Counted from the first letter of the stretch, positions 19,320-29,687 are shown. The stretch is DNA of 64,000 bases from Bacteroidota bacterium (GCA_963169345.1 CAUJCT010000006.1:22819-86818), one strand, 5' to 3'. Translations and numbers: made by a program. The notes: a model not told the origin generated them from the letters alone.

Positions 19320-22300
19320 TATACAGTTTGAGTAGCGTTGAGTTTGTTTTTTGAAGTTTTATTTGCAAAAATGATAAAGAGACCGGGTACAATTAATACC
19401 CCGAATAAGGTACCAAGCAACATACCTCCGGCAGCAGTTGCGCCAATAGTACGATTGCCAATTGCACCTGCGCCGGTTGCCAGCATGAGCGGAATCAATC
19501 CGGCAATAAAAGCAAATGAAGTCATTAAAATAGGTCGTAGTCTGGCTTTAGCCCCCTCAATAGCGGCTTCAACTGCGCTTAATCCTAGCTTTTGTTTGAT
19601 TAGAGCAAACTCTACTATCAGTATCGCATTTTTTCCAAGCAATCCTATTAACATGACCATGGCTACCTGAGCATAAATGTTATTTTCGAGTCCCAAAAGC
19701 CATAACAACAGAAGGGAACCAAAAATTCCAAACGGCAAAGACAACAAGACCGGCAAAGGCAAAAGGAAACTCTCGTATTGTGCCGCCAGTAAAAGATAAA
19801 CGAATAGCAGACACAAAGCGAAAATATACACTACCTGATTACCCGAAAGGATTTCCTCACGCGTAATACCCGACCATTCGTGTGCATATCCCCTTGGCAA
19901 ATTCTCAGCGACTTCATTAATGGCTTTAATGGCATCACCGCTACTGTATCCTTCTGCAGCCTCGCCATTCATCATAGCAGAAAAGTACATATTATAGCGT
20001 GTTAATTGCTCGGGCCCATAGATACGTTCTATTTTACTAAATAAAGAATACGGTACCATTTCCCCATTTTTATTCTTGACTCTAAGTTTTAGGATATCAT
20101 CCGGTTGTGCTCGGTACTTAGGGTCAGCTTGTAACATCACTTTATACATCTGACCGAATCGTATAAAATTGCTGGCATAATAACTTCCCATTAATGTTTG
20201 CAGATTGCTCATTGCAGCATCCACTGTAATACCTTTTTTGGCAGCCACATCCTGGTCAATTTGTATTAAGAACTGAGGAAAATTAGGATTGAAACTTGTA
20301 AATATATTTTTGATTTCCGGGCGTTTTTTCACCTCTTCCATGAATTTACTGCTCACTTCAAAGGTCTTGCTAAGATTGCCACTGCCGGTCTTATCCAGCA
20401 AACGCAATTCAAATCCACTGGCATTACCAAAACCGGGTACAGCAGGTGGAGGGAAAAACTGAATTTCCGCATCTTTGATATGTGCGGTTTTTTCAGCTAA
20501 TATATCGGTAATTTCATCTGCTGTTAAATGGCGTTTATCCCATGGTTTTAAACTAATAGTACTCATTCCAAACGAAGCACCCGAACCATCCGTCATCATA
20601 CTAAATCCAGAAAGAGAAGACACCGACTCAATTTCTTCAATTTTGGCTGCTGCCTGATCTATTTCTTCCATCACTTTCTCGGTTCTCTCAATTGTAGCAC
20701 CTGCGGGTGTTGTCACGTTAGCATAAATTGTTCCCTGATCTTCGGTAGGTATAAATCCTCCCGGCACTAAGCGACCTATGCCCCATGTTCCAAAACTAAA
20801 TACAAGCAATAGCCCCATTGTTACAACTTTGCGATGAATCAAAGTACTTAACAACCACTTGTATTTGCCGGCAAACTGCTCATATTTGTGATTAAAACCA
20901 TTGAAGAATCTTTGCAGCAAGCTTTTTGACTTTTTATGTTCTTCAGGATGTTTAAGCATGATAGCACATAAAGCAGGTGTAAGTGTCAAGGCATTGATAC
21001 CTGAAATCACAATTGCGATTGCCATCGTAATTGAAAATTGTCTGTAAAAAACACCAACCGGTCCCGACAAAAATGCCACAGGTACAAAAACAGCAGACAT
21101 AACCAAAGTAATGGCTACAATTGCACCTCCAATTTCATTCATAGCCTTAATGGTTGCAACACGTGGCGTTAGATGCTCCTCTTCCATTTTGGCATGTACC
21201 GCTTCAACCACCACTATGGCATTATCTACCACAATACCGATTGCAAGGACCAGAGCAAATAGTGTAAGCAGGTTTATAGAAAATCCAAACATCTGCATAA
21301 ATGCAAAAGTGCCAATCAGTGAAACTGGCACTGCCAGAACAGGTATTAGAGTTGAGCGCCAGTCCTGTAAAAAAATAAACACCACTAAAGCCACTAAAAG
21401 AAAAGCTTCCAGAAGTGTCTTAAACACCTCTTTAATGGAAGCATCCAAAAAGCGCGACACATCATAACTGACGGTGTAATCCATACCTGGCGGAAATGTA
21501 TTGGCTTTCAAATATTCAAGCCTGCTTTTAATTTTTTCGATGACTTCGCTGGCATTAGAACCTGGTCTTTGCTTCAATACTATGGCAGCAGAAGGACGAC
21601 CATTTTCTTTTGATAACACATCGTAATCCAGTGAACCAAATTCAATGTCAGCAATGTCCTTTAATCGCAGCATTTTGCCATCATCACTAACTTTTACAAC
21701 CAGATTTTCGTATTGTTCCTTTTGAGTTAATTTACCAGTATAGCGCAAAACATATTGCAGTGATTGAGATTTACGACCTGAACTTTCGCCAATTTTACCA
21801 GGAGCAGCTTCAATATTCTGCGCTCTTAACGCATTGACAATTTCATCAGCCGAAATTACATAAGCATCCATTTTTTCGGGCTTAAGCCAGATACGCATAG
21901 CATATTCCCTTTGACCCATAATATCGGCAAAACCTACACCTTCAATACGTTTAAGTTCAGCCAAAACATTTATATCGGCAAAATTGTAAATAAACTTCTC
22001 GTCGATTGTACTGTCACTGCTTACCAAATTCAAATACATCAACATTGAATTTACTTCCTTCTCGGTAGATACTCCGGCCTTAATAACTTCTTCAGGCAAT
22101 TCGTCAAGCACAGTAGCCACTCTGTTCTGAACATTTACCGCAGCCAAATCAGGATCAGTGCCAACATTAAAATAAACCTGAATGATACTTGTACCATCAT
22201 TACCTGAAACAGAATTCATATAAGCCATACCAGGGACTCCATTGATAGCTCTTTCAAGAGGAGTTACAACTGCCTTGGCACAAACTTCGGCATTTGCACC

Positions 22301-22453
22301 TGTATATCTGGTGGTAACGGATACGGCAGGAGGTGCTATATCTGGATACTGAGTGACTGGTAATTCGGTAAGCGACAAGACACCCAGCAGCGTTATAAAT
22401 ATAGATATGACCAGCGATAATACCGGTCGCTCAATAAATTGCTTTAACTTCAT
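19319..22453 (-). CDS. RND multidrug efflux permease (AcrB/HAE1 family), 1044 aa
   Basis: 12-TM topology with two large periplasmic loops. AcrB-like N-terminus MKLKQFIERPVLSLVISI…. Confidence 0.9.
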   Translation of the reverse strand: MKLKQFIERPVLSLVISIFITLLGVLSLTELPVTQYPDIAPPAVSVTTRYTGANAEVCAKAVVTPLERAINGVPGMAYMNSVSGNDGTSIIQVYFNVGTDPDLAAVNVQNRVATVLDELPEEVIKAGVSTEKEVNSMLMYLNLVSSDSTIDEKFIYNFADINVLAELKRIEGVGFADIMGQREYAMRIWLKPEKMDAYVISADEIVNALRAQNIEAAPGKIGESSGRKSQSLQYVLRYTGKLTQKEQYENLVVKVSDDGKMLRLKDIADIEFGSLDYDVLSKENGRPSAAIVLKQRPGSNASEVIEKIKSRLEYLKANTFPPGMDYTVSYDVSRFLDASIKEVFKTLLEAFLLVALVVFIFLQDWRSTLIPVLAVPVSLIGTFAFMQMFGFSINLLTLFALVLAIGIVVDNAIVVVEAVHAKMEEEHLTPRVATIKAMNEIGGAIVAITLVMSAVFVPVAFLSGPVGVFYRQFSITMAIAIVISGINALTLTPALCAIMLKHPEEHKKSKSLLQRFFNGFNHKYEQFAGKYKWLLSTLIHRKVVTMGLLLVFSFGTWGIGRLVPGGFIPTEDQGTIYANVTTPAGATIERTEKVMEEIDQAAAKIEEIESVSSLSGFSMMTDGSGASFGMSTISLKPWDKRHLTADEITDILAEKTAHIKDAEIQFFPPPAVPGFGNASGFELRLLDKTGSGNLSKTFEVSSKFMEEVKKRPEIKNIFTSFNPNFPQFLIQIDQDVAAKKGITVDAAMSNLQTLMGSYYASNFIRFGQMYKVMLQADPKYRAQPDDILKLRVKNKNGEMVPYSLFSKIERIYGPEQLTRYNMYFSAMMNGEAAEGYSSGDAIKAINEVAENLPRGYAHEWSGITREEILSGNQVVYIFALCLLFVYLLLAAQYESFLLPLPVLLSLPFGIFGSLLLLWLLGLENNIYAQVAMVMLIGLLGKNAILIVEFALIKQKLGLSAVEAAIEGAKARLRPILMTSFAFIAGLIPLMLATGAGAIGNRTIGATAAGGMLLGTLFGVLIVPGLFIIFANKTSKNKLNATQTV

Positions 22454-22454
22454 T

Positions 22455-23579
22455 TTAATTTGAATTCAAATCTCTGATTATATCCTTCATGTGTCTTGCA
22501 TGCGTCTGAATGACTAGACCGGGCCGGATATTTTGAATGCCTTCGTAAATAAATTTCTCCCCTTCTTTCAAACCGCTGCTTACTATAAAAAGATGAGGCA
22601 GACGCTTTGATGTTGTGATTTCCCTCATTTCAACTTTATTGTTTTTATCCACTATATAGACATACAACTTATCTTGAATTTCGAAACTCGATTTCTGTGG
22701 AATAACCAATGCCCCTTTTTGAGGTTTATTGATTCTGACTCTGCCACTGGCACCGTGTTTAAGAATATTCTCAGGATTGTCAAATCTTGCTCTGAATGCA
22801 ATGTTTCCGGTACCATGATCTATCAAACCATCCACCGACTCTATCCTGCCCTTACTCAAATGTTCAGAACCATCTGCAAGAATAAGTGTCAGACTGATGG
22901 AATCTGGTCCGTACTGTTTCATATTCCGCGCATAATCCAAATACTCACTTTCTGATACATCAAAATACGCAAATATGGCATCGTTGTTTGAAAGAGTGGT
23001 AAGTAAAATGCCTTCATCAATTAAACTTCCCACTTTATGAGGAATACGGTTAATGATACCATCAAACGGCGCGCGAATATCTGTATTGGATAAACGAAGA
23101 GATGCCTGTGCCTGATGAGCCAGCGCTTCTTCCATCTGAGCTTTTCTGGCATCTAGTTTATTGGCAGCCAATTCGACTTCCGACTTAGAAATAATTTGTT
23201 TAGAAGCCAGTTTTTCGGCGTTCTTTAATTCTATCTCTGCTGCTTTTGTCTCAGCAACCGAACTTTTGTACAAAGCTTTTGCTTTTGCAAGCTCTTCTAT
23301 ATACTCTTTCTTGTTAATGCTGAATAGCAATTGATTCTTTTTTACTCTTACACCTTCATCTACATGTATCTCTTCGAGATAACCACTGACGCGGGCACGT
23401 ATTTCAACATTTTGTAAGGCATGTATTTCTGCCACATAATCGCTCGATATATGTGTGTTAATTTTGGTTGCTGCTGTTACAGGAAAACTGTCCTGTTGCT
23501 TTTCTGTTTTTTGTTTGTTTTTGCATGAAGTTAAATACATAACTACCATTGCAATGCTTAAATATTGTATTGGTTTCAC
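22455..23579 (-). CDS. RND efflux periplasmic adaptor (membrane fusion protein, HlyD/AcrA family)
   Basis: Lipoprotein-like N-terminus. Coiled-coil and beta-barrel blocks. First gene of the MFP-RND-OMF operon. Confidence 0.85.
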   Translation of the reverse strand: MKPIQYLSIAMVVMYLTSCKNKQKTEKQQDSFPVTAATKINTHISSDYVAEIHALQNVEIRARVSGYLEEIHVDEGVRVKKNQLLFSINKKEYIEELAKAKALYKSSVAETKAAEIELKNAEKLASKQIISKSEVELAANKLDARKAQMEEALAHQAQASLRLSNTDIRAPFDGIINRIPHKVGSLIDEGILLTTLSNNDAIFAYFDVSESEYLDYARNMKQYGPDSISLTLILADGSEHLSKGRIESVDGLIDHGTGNIAFRARFDNPENILKHGASGRVRINKPQKGALVIPQKSSFEIQDKLYVYIVDKNNKVEMREITTSKRLPHLFIVSSGLKEGEKFIYEGIQNIRPGLVIQTHARHMKDIIRDLNSN

Positions 23580-23652
23580 TTGAACGTAAAATGATGTAAA
23601 GAGACACAGAATCTGTACCTCCGGAAATGGGAAAATTTAAAAAATAGAGGGA

Positions 23653-24009
23653 TTAAGCCAAACCGTTTTCAGGAGGTGGGCAATTGACATCCAATCCATC
23701 AAATGAGATGAACTCGACAGTTTTTAGGTAAAGATTAAATGCAAAAGAACTGAAATCCATACTTTCTGAACTTGTATGATAAATCAGGAAATCAGGAATA
23801 TCCTCGGATAAGTCTTTTTCGCAATCACCGCCAGTACCAGGTGTTTCAGATGTTTCACAATCGAAAACCTGACCAACACTATAACCTGAAAGCACTTCAT
23901 TAAACTTTAAAATTTCAGGCAATACACCAATATTCACAAGCAAAAGCATCAACAATACTATTTTGACGCTTTGTTTTAAACTATACTTGTAAAAGAAGTG
24001 CTCTTTCAT
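23653..24009 (-). CDS. Small secreted hypothetical protein
   Basis: N-terminal hydrophobic signal-like segment. No recognisable domain. Confidence 0.3.
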   Translation of the reverse strand: MKEHFFYKYSLKQSVKIVLLMLLLVNIGVLPEILKFNEVLSGYSVGQVFDCETSETPGTGGDCEKDLSEDIPDFLIYHTSSESMDFSSFAFNLYLKTVEFISFDGLDVNCPPPENGLA

Positions 24010-24124
24010 TTAAAAGTGCAAAATTAGGCAATATTTCTATCTAAATACTTATTGTGTTTTAAATATAAGATATAAATAATAATTATAAAGCGTCTCTATA
24101 TGATTTCAACGATTAAAACGAATG

Positions 24125-24583
24125 TCAAATCCAAAAGACATCTTCCTCATTGTCCTTAAAAATTTGCCCTTTATGTTCGTTTTTAATGGCTTCAATTTGT
24201 TGTTCTGTAGCATGGCTCTGAATTAATTCGAAAAGTATCCGCTCTTCAAATCTTATATGAGATTCCAATTTGTCTGCAATCATATTCAATGTTTGAAACG
24301 AAGCTTCAGAAATGGCAAAAAGTGCCTGTAACTCTCTGTGCTGAAAGATAGCCAATTGAATGTTATCATTCTTTTCATTCAATACAGGAAACAAGTTGAC
24401 TTCTTCATCCTGAATATGCGGCAAAAGTACTTCATGATAAAACCAGTCTGCATAACGTTTTATACGTTCAGGACTTATAGATTTCATTTGAATACCTTTT
24501 CTGATTTTCCAGCACAACTGAAGTGCGTAATGATGTTCATGACTATAATGTATGAGCCATTCTTGTCTTTTTAGAGTTGCCAT
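24125..24583 (-). CDS. Hemerythrin-like (HHE cation-binding) domain protein
   Basis: H…HH and H-x3-E-E patterns (HYSHEHHYAL…, ESHIRFEERILFE). About 150 aa. Confidence 0.5.
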   Translation of the reverse strand: MATLKRQEWLIHYSHEHHYALQLCWKIRKGIQMKSISPERIKRYADWFYHEVLLPHIQDEEVNLFPVLNEKNDNIQLAIFQHRELQALFAISEASFQTLNMIADKLESHIRFEERILFELIQSHATEQQIEAIKNEHKGQIFKDNEEDVFWI

Positions 24584-24646
24584 GATTATTCAATAAGGTT
24601 TTAAATGAATTTGATTCAGCATACAGTGTTTTGAATCAATATGCAA

Positions 24647-25324
24647 TCAATTCAAACTCGGCTGTATGATTTCACTTTTTTTAATAATAGTTTGAGAGGC
24701 TATAACAATAGATTGCAATACCAGTAAAATAATGATAGTGATTGAAAATGATAATTTATTGGACACCTCGCTGTTTCGGTAAAGATTATCCGACTTCATC
24801 ATGATATTTCTAGATTCTTCAATTTGAATTGTAGAAAGAACATCGGTTAGTTGTATGGCTTTTTCTATCCATGCATCAGAGGCAATTGTATTTAATTTCA
24901 AATCATTGCTATAAGCATTGACAGTTGTTTGAAATTGCGACAGTACTTCAGTTTCATATTTGGTAAACTTGGTTTTTCGGTAGTCGGCCAAAGTTGCATT
25001 GATACTATTAACATACTGCATATATTTAGAATGATCAGACAATGCCCCATGTGCAGCCTGTTCTTTTATTCTAAATAAGTCAGAATTTAATTTATGAATA
25101 TAAAACTCAGCAAGTAAGCGATCCTGATAAAGAGAGTTAATAGAGTTTTTAACTTCTTTTGTATGCATTCTGTCGAGGTAATTACTAAACAGAACGAGCA
25201 AGCATAATATCAATAGAGAAACTGAAGCTGCTATCTTGTTTTTAAGAATAAATGTCCACTTCATTATAAAATAATTTGCAGTTGCAATATACGTATAATA
25301 TCTGGATAAAAGCCTAAAATTCAA
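24647..25324 (-). CDS. Membrane protein with a periplasmic helical (4HB_MCP-like) sensory domain between two TM helices
   Basis: TM helix near the N-terminus (probable start MKWTFIL…), helical middle region, C-terminal TM helix. Confidence 0.35.
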   Translation of the reverse strand: MNFRLLSRYYTYIATANYFIMKWTFILKNKIAASVSLLILCLLVLFSNYLDRMHTKEVKNSINSLYQDRLLAEFYIHKLNSDLFRIKEQAAHGALSDHSKYMQYVNSINATLADYRKTKFTKYETEVLSQFQTTVNAYSNDLKLNTIASDAWIEKAIQLTDVLSTIQIEESRNIMMKSDNLYRNSEVSNKLSFSITIIILLVLQSIVIASQTIIKKSEIIQPSLN

Positions 25325-25348
25325 TTATAAATATCCAAAACCCTTTTT

Positions 25349-25741
25349 TTAGATAATGGGCTTTCTTTTCGTATTTAATTTATACTCATTCAGCTTTCTC
25401 TGAAACATAAGAGCCATTTGACTTGCCTGCCATTTTAATCTGTTGACATTGTTGCCTTCAAACAATTCATCTGCCGTTTCATTGAACAACTTCAGCCATA
25501 CTTCGAAATGTCTTTCATTGATTGGTAATTTTGCATGTGCTAAAAAAGGATGACCAATGTAAGTGTTGGAATTAAATAAAACAGAATCCCAAAATCGATA
25601 CATTTTATCGAGATGATGCGCCCAGTTATCCTGTATCACAGATTCAAAAATATCGCCAGTCAATGCATTCTGTCTGATTTTAGAATAAAATGTATTGACA
25701 AATTGTTGAATATCTTCTATGGAACGAATATCCTGCATCAT
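25349..25741 (-). CDS. Group III truncated haemoglobin (Ctb-like)
   Basis: Blocks FEVWLKLFNETADE and LKWQASQMALMFQRKL closely resemble my recollection of Campylobacter Ctb (…FFEIWLKLFEES…ILQRAQMIASHFQNML). Confidence 0.7.
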   Translation of the reverse strand: MMQDIRSIEDIQQFVNTFYSKIRQNALTGDIFESVIQDNWAHHLDKMYRFWDSVLFNSNTYIGHPFLAHAKLPINERHFEVWLKLFNETADELFEGNNVNRLKWQASQMALMFQRKLNEYKLNTKRKPII

Positions 25742-26154
25742 AAAGTATCATTTAAGTTGAAATACGTAATCAAATAATAAGCTGCCCATCCTGCAAACAA
25801 TACCAATATAACCCAAAGCCAGTTTGGAACCGATTTAGGTGTTTCACTGCCTTTTATTACAAAATTTTTGAGATCCCCTTTGTCGTAGGCATTGATCATT
25901 AATGGCACTACACCATCTACAAATTCATTTTCCTTTATGCCATCCACAATGATATCAGGACCGTTTCTAACTGTGAACTGAATAATTCTGACACCCTCTT
26001 TACCTAAGACCGATTTACTTACAACTTTTAAAGTATGCAAACCATCTGTCAATTTTCGGGTATCCAATTCAAATCTTACAGGTGTTTCAAACTCTGCGAA
26101 TGGGTGGACTTCACTATCTAAAAATAAAATCACCCTATTGTTAATTTCTTTCAT
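25738..26154 (-). CDS. Hypothetical protein with a C-terminal TM anchor (beta-sandwich-like), in the cbb3 cluster
   Basis: Single C-terminal TM helix (WLWVILVLFAGWAAYYLI). No recognised motif. Confidence 0.3.
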   Translation of the reverse strand: MKEINNRVILFLDSEVHPFAEFETPVRFELDTRKLTDGLHTLKVVSKSVLGKEGVRIIQFTVRNGPDIIVDGIKENEFVDGVVPLMINAYDKGDLKNFVIKGSETPKSVPNWLWVILVLFAGWAAYYLITYFNLNDTL

Positions 26155-26431
26155 CCAGAATTAAATTTTTAATATGATTTTCCCTTTTTTCTCCGGGGTA
26201 TAATAAATATTTCACACTGACTACCAGTGAAGATATTGCGATAATCAAAATGATGATGACCCATATCCAATCCCAAAAACTTTCGGGTCCGGTACCATGC
26301 GTTAAGTCCTTGGTAATGGAAGGTTGAAGCTTTTTACAGGCATCACAGGCCCAGCTTATATTGGTTATTAAAACCAGTACAATCAAAAAAAGTGACTTCA
26401 TGATGCGCCTATTATTTAGCAGCTTCAGCAT
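26141..26431 (-). CDS. ccoQ: CcoQ/FixQ-like small subunit of cbb3 oxidase (C-terminal 45 aa), with an N-terminal extension
   Basis: C-terminal WIWVIIILIIAISSLVVSVKYLLYPGEKRENHIKNLILDE matches the FixQ pattern (TM helix + YRPxxKxxF…LDD). Confidence 0.5.
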   Translation of the reverse strand: MLKLLNNRRIMKSLFLIVLVLITNISWACDACKKLQPSITKDLTHGTGPESFWDWIWVIIILIIAISSLVVSVKYLLYPGEKRENHIKNLILDERN

Positions 26432-27419
26432 TTATAAAATCCATTATTTTTCTTGTTTCTTCTACAGAAATCGGTTTGGCATTATTTCCCCAGCTTGTTC
26501 TTTCATAATTAATGATGGCAGTAATATCCTCAGCACTTAAATTATTGTTTAATCCCACTGCCGGCATAACGCCATACTCAGGCCTGGCATCAAATCCTTT
26601 TAAAATTATAGAGACATAAACTTCCAAATCATCATCTAATACAATTTTACTGCCTTTCAGGGGCGGGAATGCACCAGAAAGACCTTCGCCATTTGCCTGG
26701 TGACAACTTTGACAGTTATTGGCATATAACAATTTTCCATCCGGCAGCAAAGGCTTGGTAGTTGAACTGGTATTTCCAACATTCTTTTTAGCGTATAAAA
26801 ATCCAGGTGCACTATATCCTTCAGAAAGTTGAGTTTGTTTCAGACTTTTCAGATAAGCTACCAATTGAAGCGCCTTTGGTGTTGCGACTATTTTGCCTTT
26901 GATATCCTTACGGTATTTTTCAGGTACAATCACCTCAACATCACCCGGCGCTAATACCTCTTTAATTTCAAACAACCAGGTATAAGCAGGCATTATCGAT
27001 TGCTCAACAACAAATCGGGGTTGAAACAAATGCAAAAGATGCCATGTCTCGGAGCTTTGTCTTTTCCCGATATTTGTTAAATCAGGTCCGGTTCTTTCAG
27101 TACCCATTAAAGTAGCGGTATTTCTCCATAAGTCAGTTCGGTTAATCCCGGCATAGTCTGCAGCTATCCCTGCCCTGTCTCCCCAAATCTTATCCATATC
27201 GACATTTCTGACTTGTTGAGTATGACACCCTACACATCCTTCTGAAATATAGACGAGTTTTCCTTTCATCGCCTCCTCTGATAAAATTTCAGAATTAGGT
27301 AATGGTGCATTATTGTTTTGGTTTTTGAGTGCAGGAGCTATTGCGACAACCAGTGTTAAGAAAACAAACAAAGACAAAGCTGCGCCAAATAATTTTTTAT
27401 GTTGATTGAAAAAATCCAT
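26412..27419 (-). CDS. ccoO: cbb3-type cytochrome c oxidase subunit II (CcoO), fused to an extra C-terminal class-I c-type cytochrome domain (CcoP-like); di-haem
   Basis: N-terminal CxxCH (CVGCH) plus the CcoO signature …TERTGPDLTNIGKRQSSETWHLLHLFQPRFVVEQSIMPAYTWL. Second CxxCH (CQSCH) sits in a C-terminal c-type domain. Confidence 0.75.
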   Translation of the reverse strand: MDFFNQHKKLFGAALSLFVFLTLVVAIAPALKNQNNNAPLPNSEILSEEAMKGKLVYISEGCVGCHTQQVRNVDMDKIWGDRAGIAADYAGINRTDLWRNTATLMGTERTGPDLTNIGKRQSSETWHLLHLFQPRFVVEQSIMPAYTWLFEIKEVLAPGDVEVIVPEKYRKDIKGKIVATPKALQLVAYLKSLKQTQLSEGYSAPGFLYAKKNVGNTSSTTKPLLPDGKLLYANNCQSCHQANGEGLSGAFPPLKGSKIVLDDDLEVYVSIILKGFDARPEYGVMPAVGLNNNLSAEDITAIINYERTSWGNNAKPISVEETRKIMDFINAEAAK

Positions 27420-27423
27420 ACTG

Positions 27424-29172
27424 CTATTTTTTAGAAAGTTCTTTTAAAAGTGTTTTTCTTGCTAACAAAATTTCAATGGCATTTTTAGGAATATGAATAT
27501 CCCTTTTCTTCTTAACCATAGTAATGAAATTAACCGCAAACAGAATATGCGATACCCACATTAAAGTACCACCAATGGCTCTCCAAAGCCAATATGGCCC
27601 CATTATTTCCAGACCATTAACAAATGGCTCACCCTGCATCCACGAAATCCCTTTCAGAGTAGCACCATACATTAATGGAATAGTATAAATCAACAACCCT
27701 ATCAATGCTAACCAAAAATGTGCACCAACTAATATGAATGATGGTTCCTTTCCGGTAAGTCGTGGCACTAATGTGTAAATAAAACCCCATAACATAAACG
27801 AGATGATGCCATACATGGTAAGATGCGAATGGGCAATTGTAAAATCAGTGAAATGCCATACCAGATTAGTAAATCTAAATGCTTCGGCAGTACCTTGTAA
27901 TGACCCTGTAAAATAGAACAATATGCCAATGATGTAAAATGGCAAAGTATAGCTCTTTGAAACTTTGCTCCAGGCACCTTTAAAAGTCATCAAAAAGTTT
28001 GTAGTGCCTGCTACGACAGGAATAATCATACCTGCACTTCCAACTATAGCAACCGTTTGCAACCACCAAGGTATAGCACTAAATATAAAATGATGAGTAC
28101 CAATTAATGTATAAAACAATATTTGAGTCCAGAAAGCCAATATCCCCAGACTGTAAGAATAAATAGGCTTATTGAGTTGCTGAGGGAGAAAATAATACAT
28201 CAAACCAAGTGAAAACAACATAAACCACATACCAACACCCTGATGCATGTAATAACCCTGGACAATTGTTTCACCCAATCCATTTTGCCAGAAAGGCAGG
28301 TAAGCTATAACAGCTATCACCAGTAAAAACATCAATGAAGAAATAATATACCAGTTAGATACATAGATTTCCTTTGTTCTTCTAATGGATATTGCGCGTA
28401 TAAAATTTCCAAGGGTGATGAAAACGCCGGCACCGAAAATCAACATGACCGGCCAGACATATTCGCGGTACTCTCCTCCCCCATTGTTTATACCAAAAAA
28501 CAATGTCATGCTACCTGCCAATACAGCAATATTCAACAACCATAGTGTAAAATAACCCTTCTTTATACTTAATGAACGGATATTACATACTTTAGGAATT
28601 ACATAATAAGCCAGACCTATCATGGCAATTGAAGCCCAACCCCAAAATACCGCATTTGTGTGAACAGGTCTTAATCTCCCAAAACTGAAATATTCTATGT
28701 GATCTATATCAGGTGAAATAAACTTAAAGCCTAAATAAATGCCAACTGATGTACCAAAAAGCAACCAAAAAACAGAGCAACCCAAATACCACAATATCAA
28801 TTTTGAAAGAGCAGGTTGTATTGATGGACGAACCTGACTTTTCTTTTTTTGTTCTATAAATTGCGGTTCATCTGAATTGATGACATTTCCTACCAACCCA
28901 CGAGAATCAGAAACGTATGAATTTCCGGATAATTCATTGTTTGTAAGCTGAAACTCCAGTTCTGATTTTCTCTTTTCTAAAGTTACCAAATCATCTTCAT
29001 TCAAATTCATAATTTGAGACTGAACACGCTTCAGCTCCTCCTTCTTTAAAAAATATCGGATGGAGGCGTTCGCTTTAATTGTAACAAGTATAGCAGCTAC
29101 AATAACAGGTATAGCGATTAAAAACAAGGTAATAATTATACCTGTTTCATTTAAAATATTAGAATCATTCAT
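27424..29172 (-). CDS. ccoN: cbb3-type cytochrome c oxidase subunit I (CcoN) with an N-terminal extension of about 110 aa (TM helix + coiled coil)
   Basis: Block …MYYFLPQQLNKPIYSYSLGILAFWTQI…GTHHFIFSAIPWWLQTV…AW matches CcoN helices VI-VIII. The first roughly 120 aa have no CcoN counterpart. Confidence 0.8.
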   Translation of the reverse strand: MNDSNILNETGIIITLFLIAIPVIVAAILVTIKANASIRYFLKKEELKRVQSQIMNLNEDDLVTLEKRKSELEFQLTNNELSGNSYVSDSRGLVGNVINSDEPQFIEQKKKSQVRPSIQPALSKLILWYLGCSVFWLLFGTSVGIYLGFKFISPDIDHIEYFSFGRLRPVHTNAVFWGWASIAMIGLAYYVIPKVCNIRSLSIKKGYFTLWLLNIAVLAGSMTLFFGINNGGGEYREYVWPVMLIFGAGVFITLGNFIRAISIRRTKEIYVSNWYIISSLMFLLVIAVIAYLPFWQNGLGETIVQGYYMHQGVGMWFMLFSLGLMYYFLPQQLNKPIYSYSLGILAFWTQILFYTLIGTHHFIFSAIPWWLQTVAIVGSAGMIIPVVAGTTNFLMTFKGAWSKVSKSYTLPFYIIGILFYFTGSLQGTAEAFRFTNLVWHFTDFTIAHSHLTMYGIISFMLWGFIYTLVPRLTGKEPSFILVGAHFWLALIGLLIYTIPLMYGATLKGISWMQGEPFVNGLEIMGPYWLWRAIGGTLMWVSHILFAVNFITMVKKKRDIHIPKNAIEILLARKTLLKELSKK

Positions 29173-29220
29173 TGTTGTTCTTATTTCGGATATTTTTGTC
29201 CACTATTAGGTTAAATTTTT

Positions 29221-29655
29221 TTATCTTTTTAAAAATGTAAGTCCATTATGCAACTTATCAACCAGTGACAATATGGTAGTAGACTCCAACATTTCTTTGA
29301 GTTCACTGCGAATTACTTTAAATTTATTATGAACAGGGCAAGGCAGTTTTTCGTTACATCTTTTCAGACCAAGACCGCAGCCTTTATAGATATCATCACC
29401 ATCAATCAGATAGACAATATTGCTTAGTCTGAGATGACTCAGAATTGGGGCTGGTATTGAAAAGCCGCCTAAAGGACCTTTATCAGATCTCACAATATTA
29501 TTCTGACATAAATGCTGGAGTATTTTAGACGTGTATGCTTCGGGAGAATCAATGGAAGAAGCTACTTCTTTTAAACTGACTCTTCTATTGTTCACAGATT
29601 GTTCGGCGATAAATATACAGGCTTTTATTCCATATTCACAGGCTTTTGAAAACAT
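29221..29655 (-). CDS. Rrf2-family transcriptional regulator (NsrR/IscR-like) with a three-Cys cluster
   Basis: Rrf2 wHTH (…SLKEVASSIDSPEAYTSKILQHLCQNNIVRSDKGPLGGF…). Cys-x5-Cys-x5-Cys (CGLGLKRCNEKLPCP). Directly upstream of ccoN on the same strand. Confidence 0.8.
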   Translation of the reverse strand: MFSKACEYGIKACIFIAEQSVNNRRVSLKEVASSIDSPEAYTSKILQHLCQNNIVRSDKGPLGGFSIPAPILSHLRLSNIVYLIDGDDIYKGCGLGLKRCNEKLPCPVHNKFKVIRSELKEMLESTTILSLVDKLHNGLTFLKR

Positions 29656-29687
29656 AAATCCTAATAATTCGGCACAAAATTAATGAT

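Noticed and set aside
19338-19670. 110-aa Ala/Pro-rich ORF on the plus strand inside the RND pump gene. Similar cases: 20475..20657 and 21111..21467.
   Set aside because: Antisense to a well-supported 1044-aa AcrB-family gene. The composition is typical of reverse-strand reading of TM-rich genes.
25738-26154. 138-aa protein considered as FixH/CcoH
   Set aside because: FixH has an N-terminal TM anchor. This protein has a single C-terminal TM helix, so it is left as hypothetical.
27424-29172. Haem-copper oxidase considered as nitric oxide reductase (NorB), given the NsrR-like neighbour
   Set aside because: Helix VI-VIII sequence (MYYF.P…YSYSL…HH) aligns with CcoN. The downstream gene has the CcoO signature, and a FixQ-like ORF follows.
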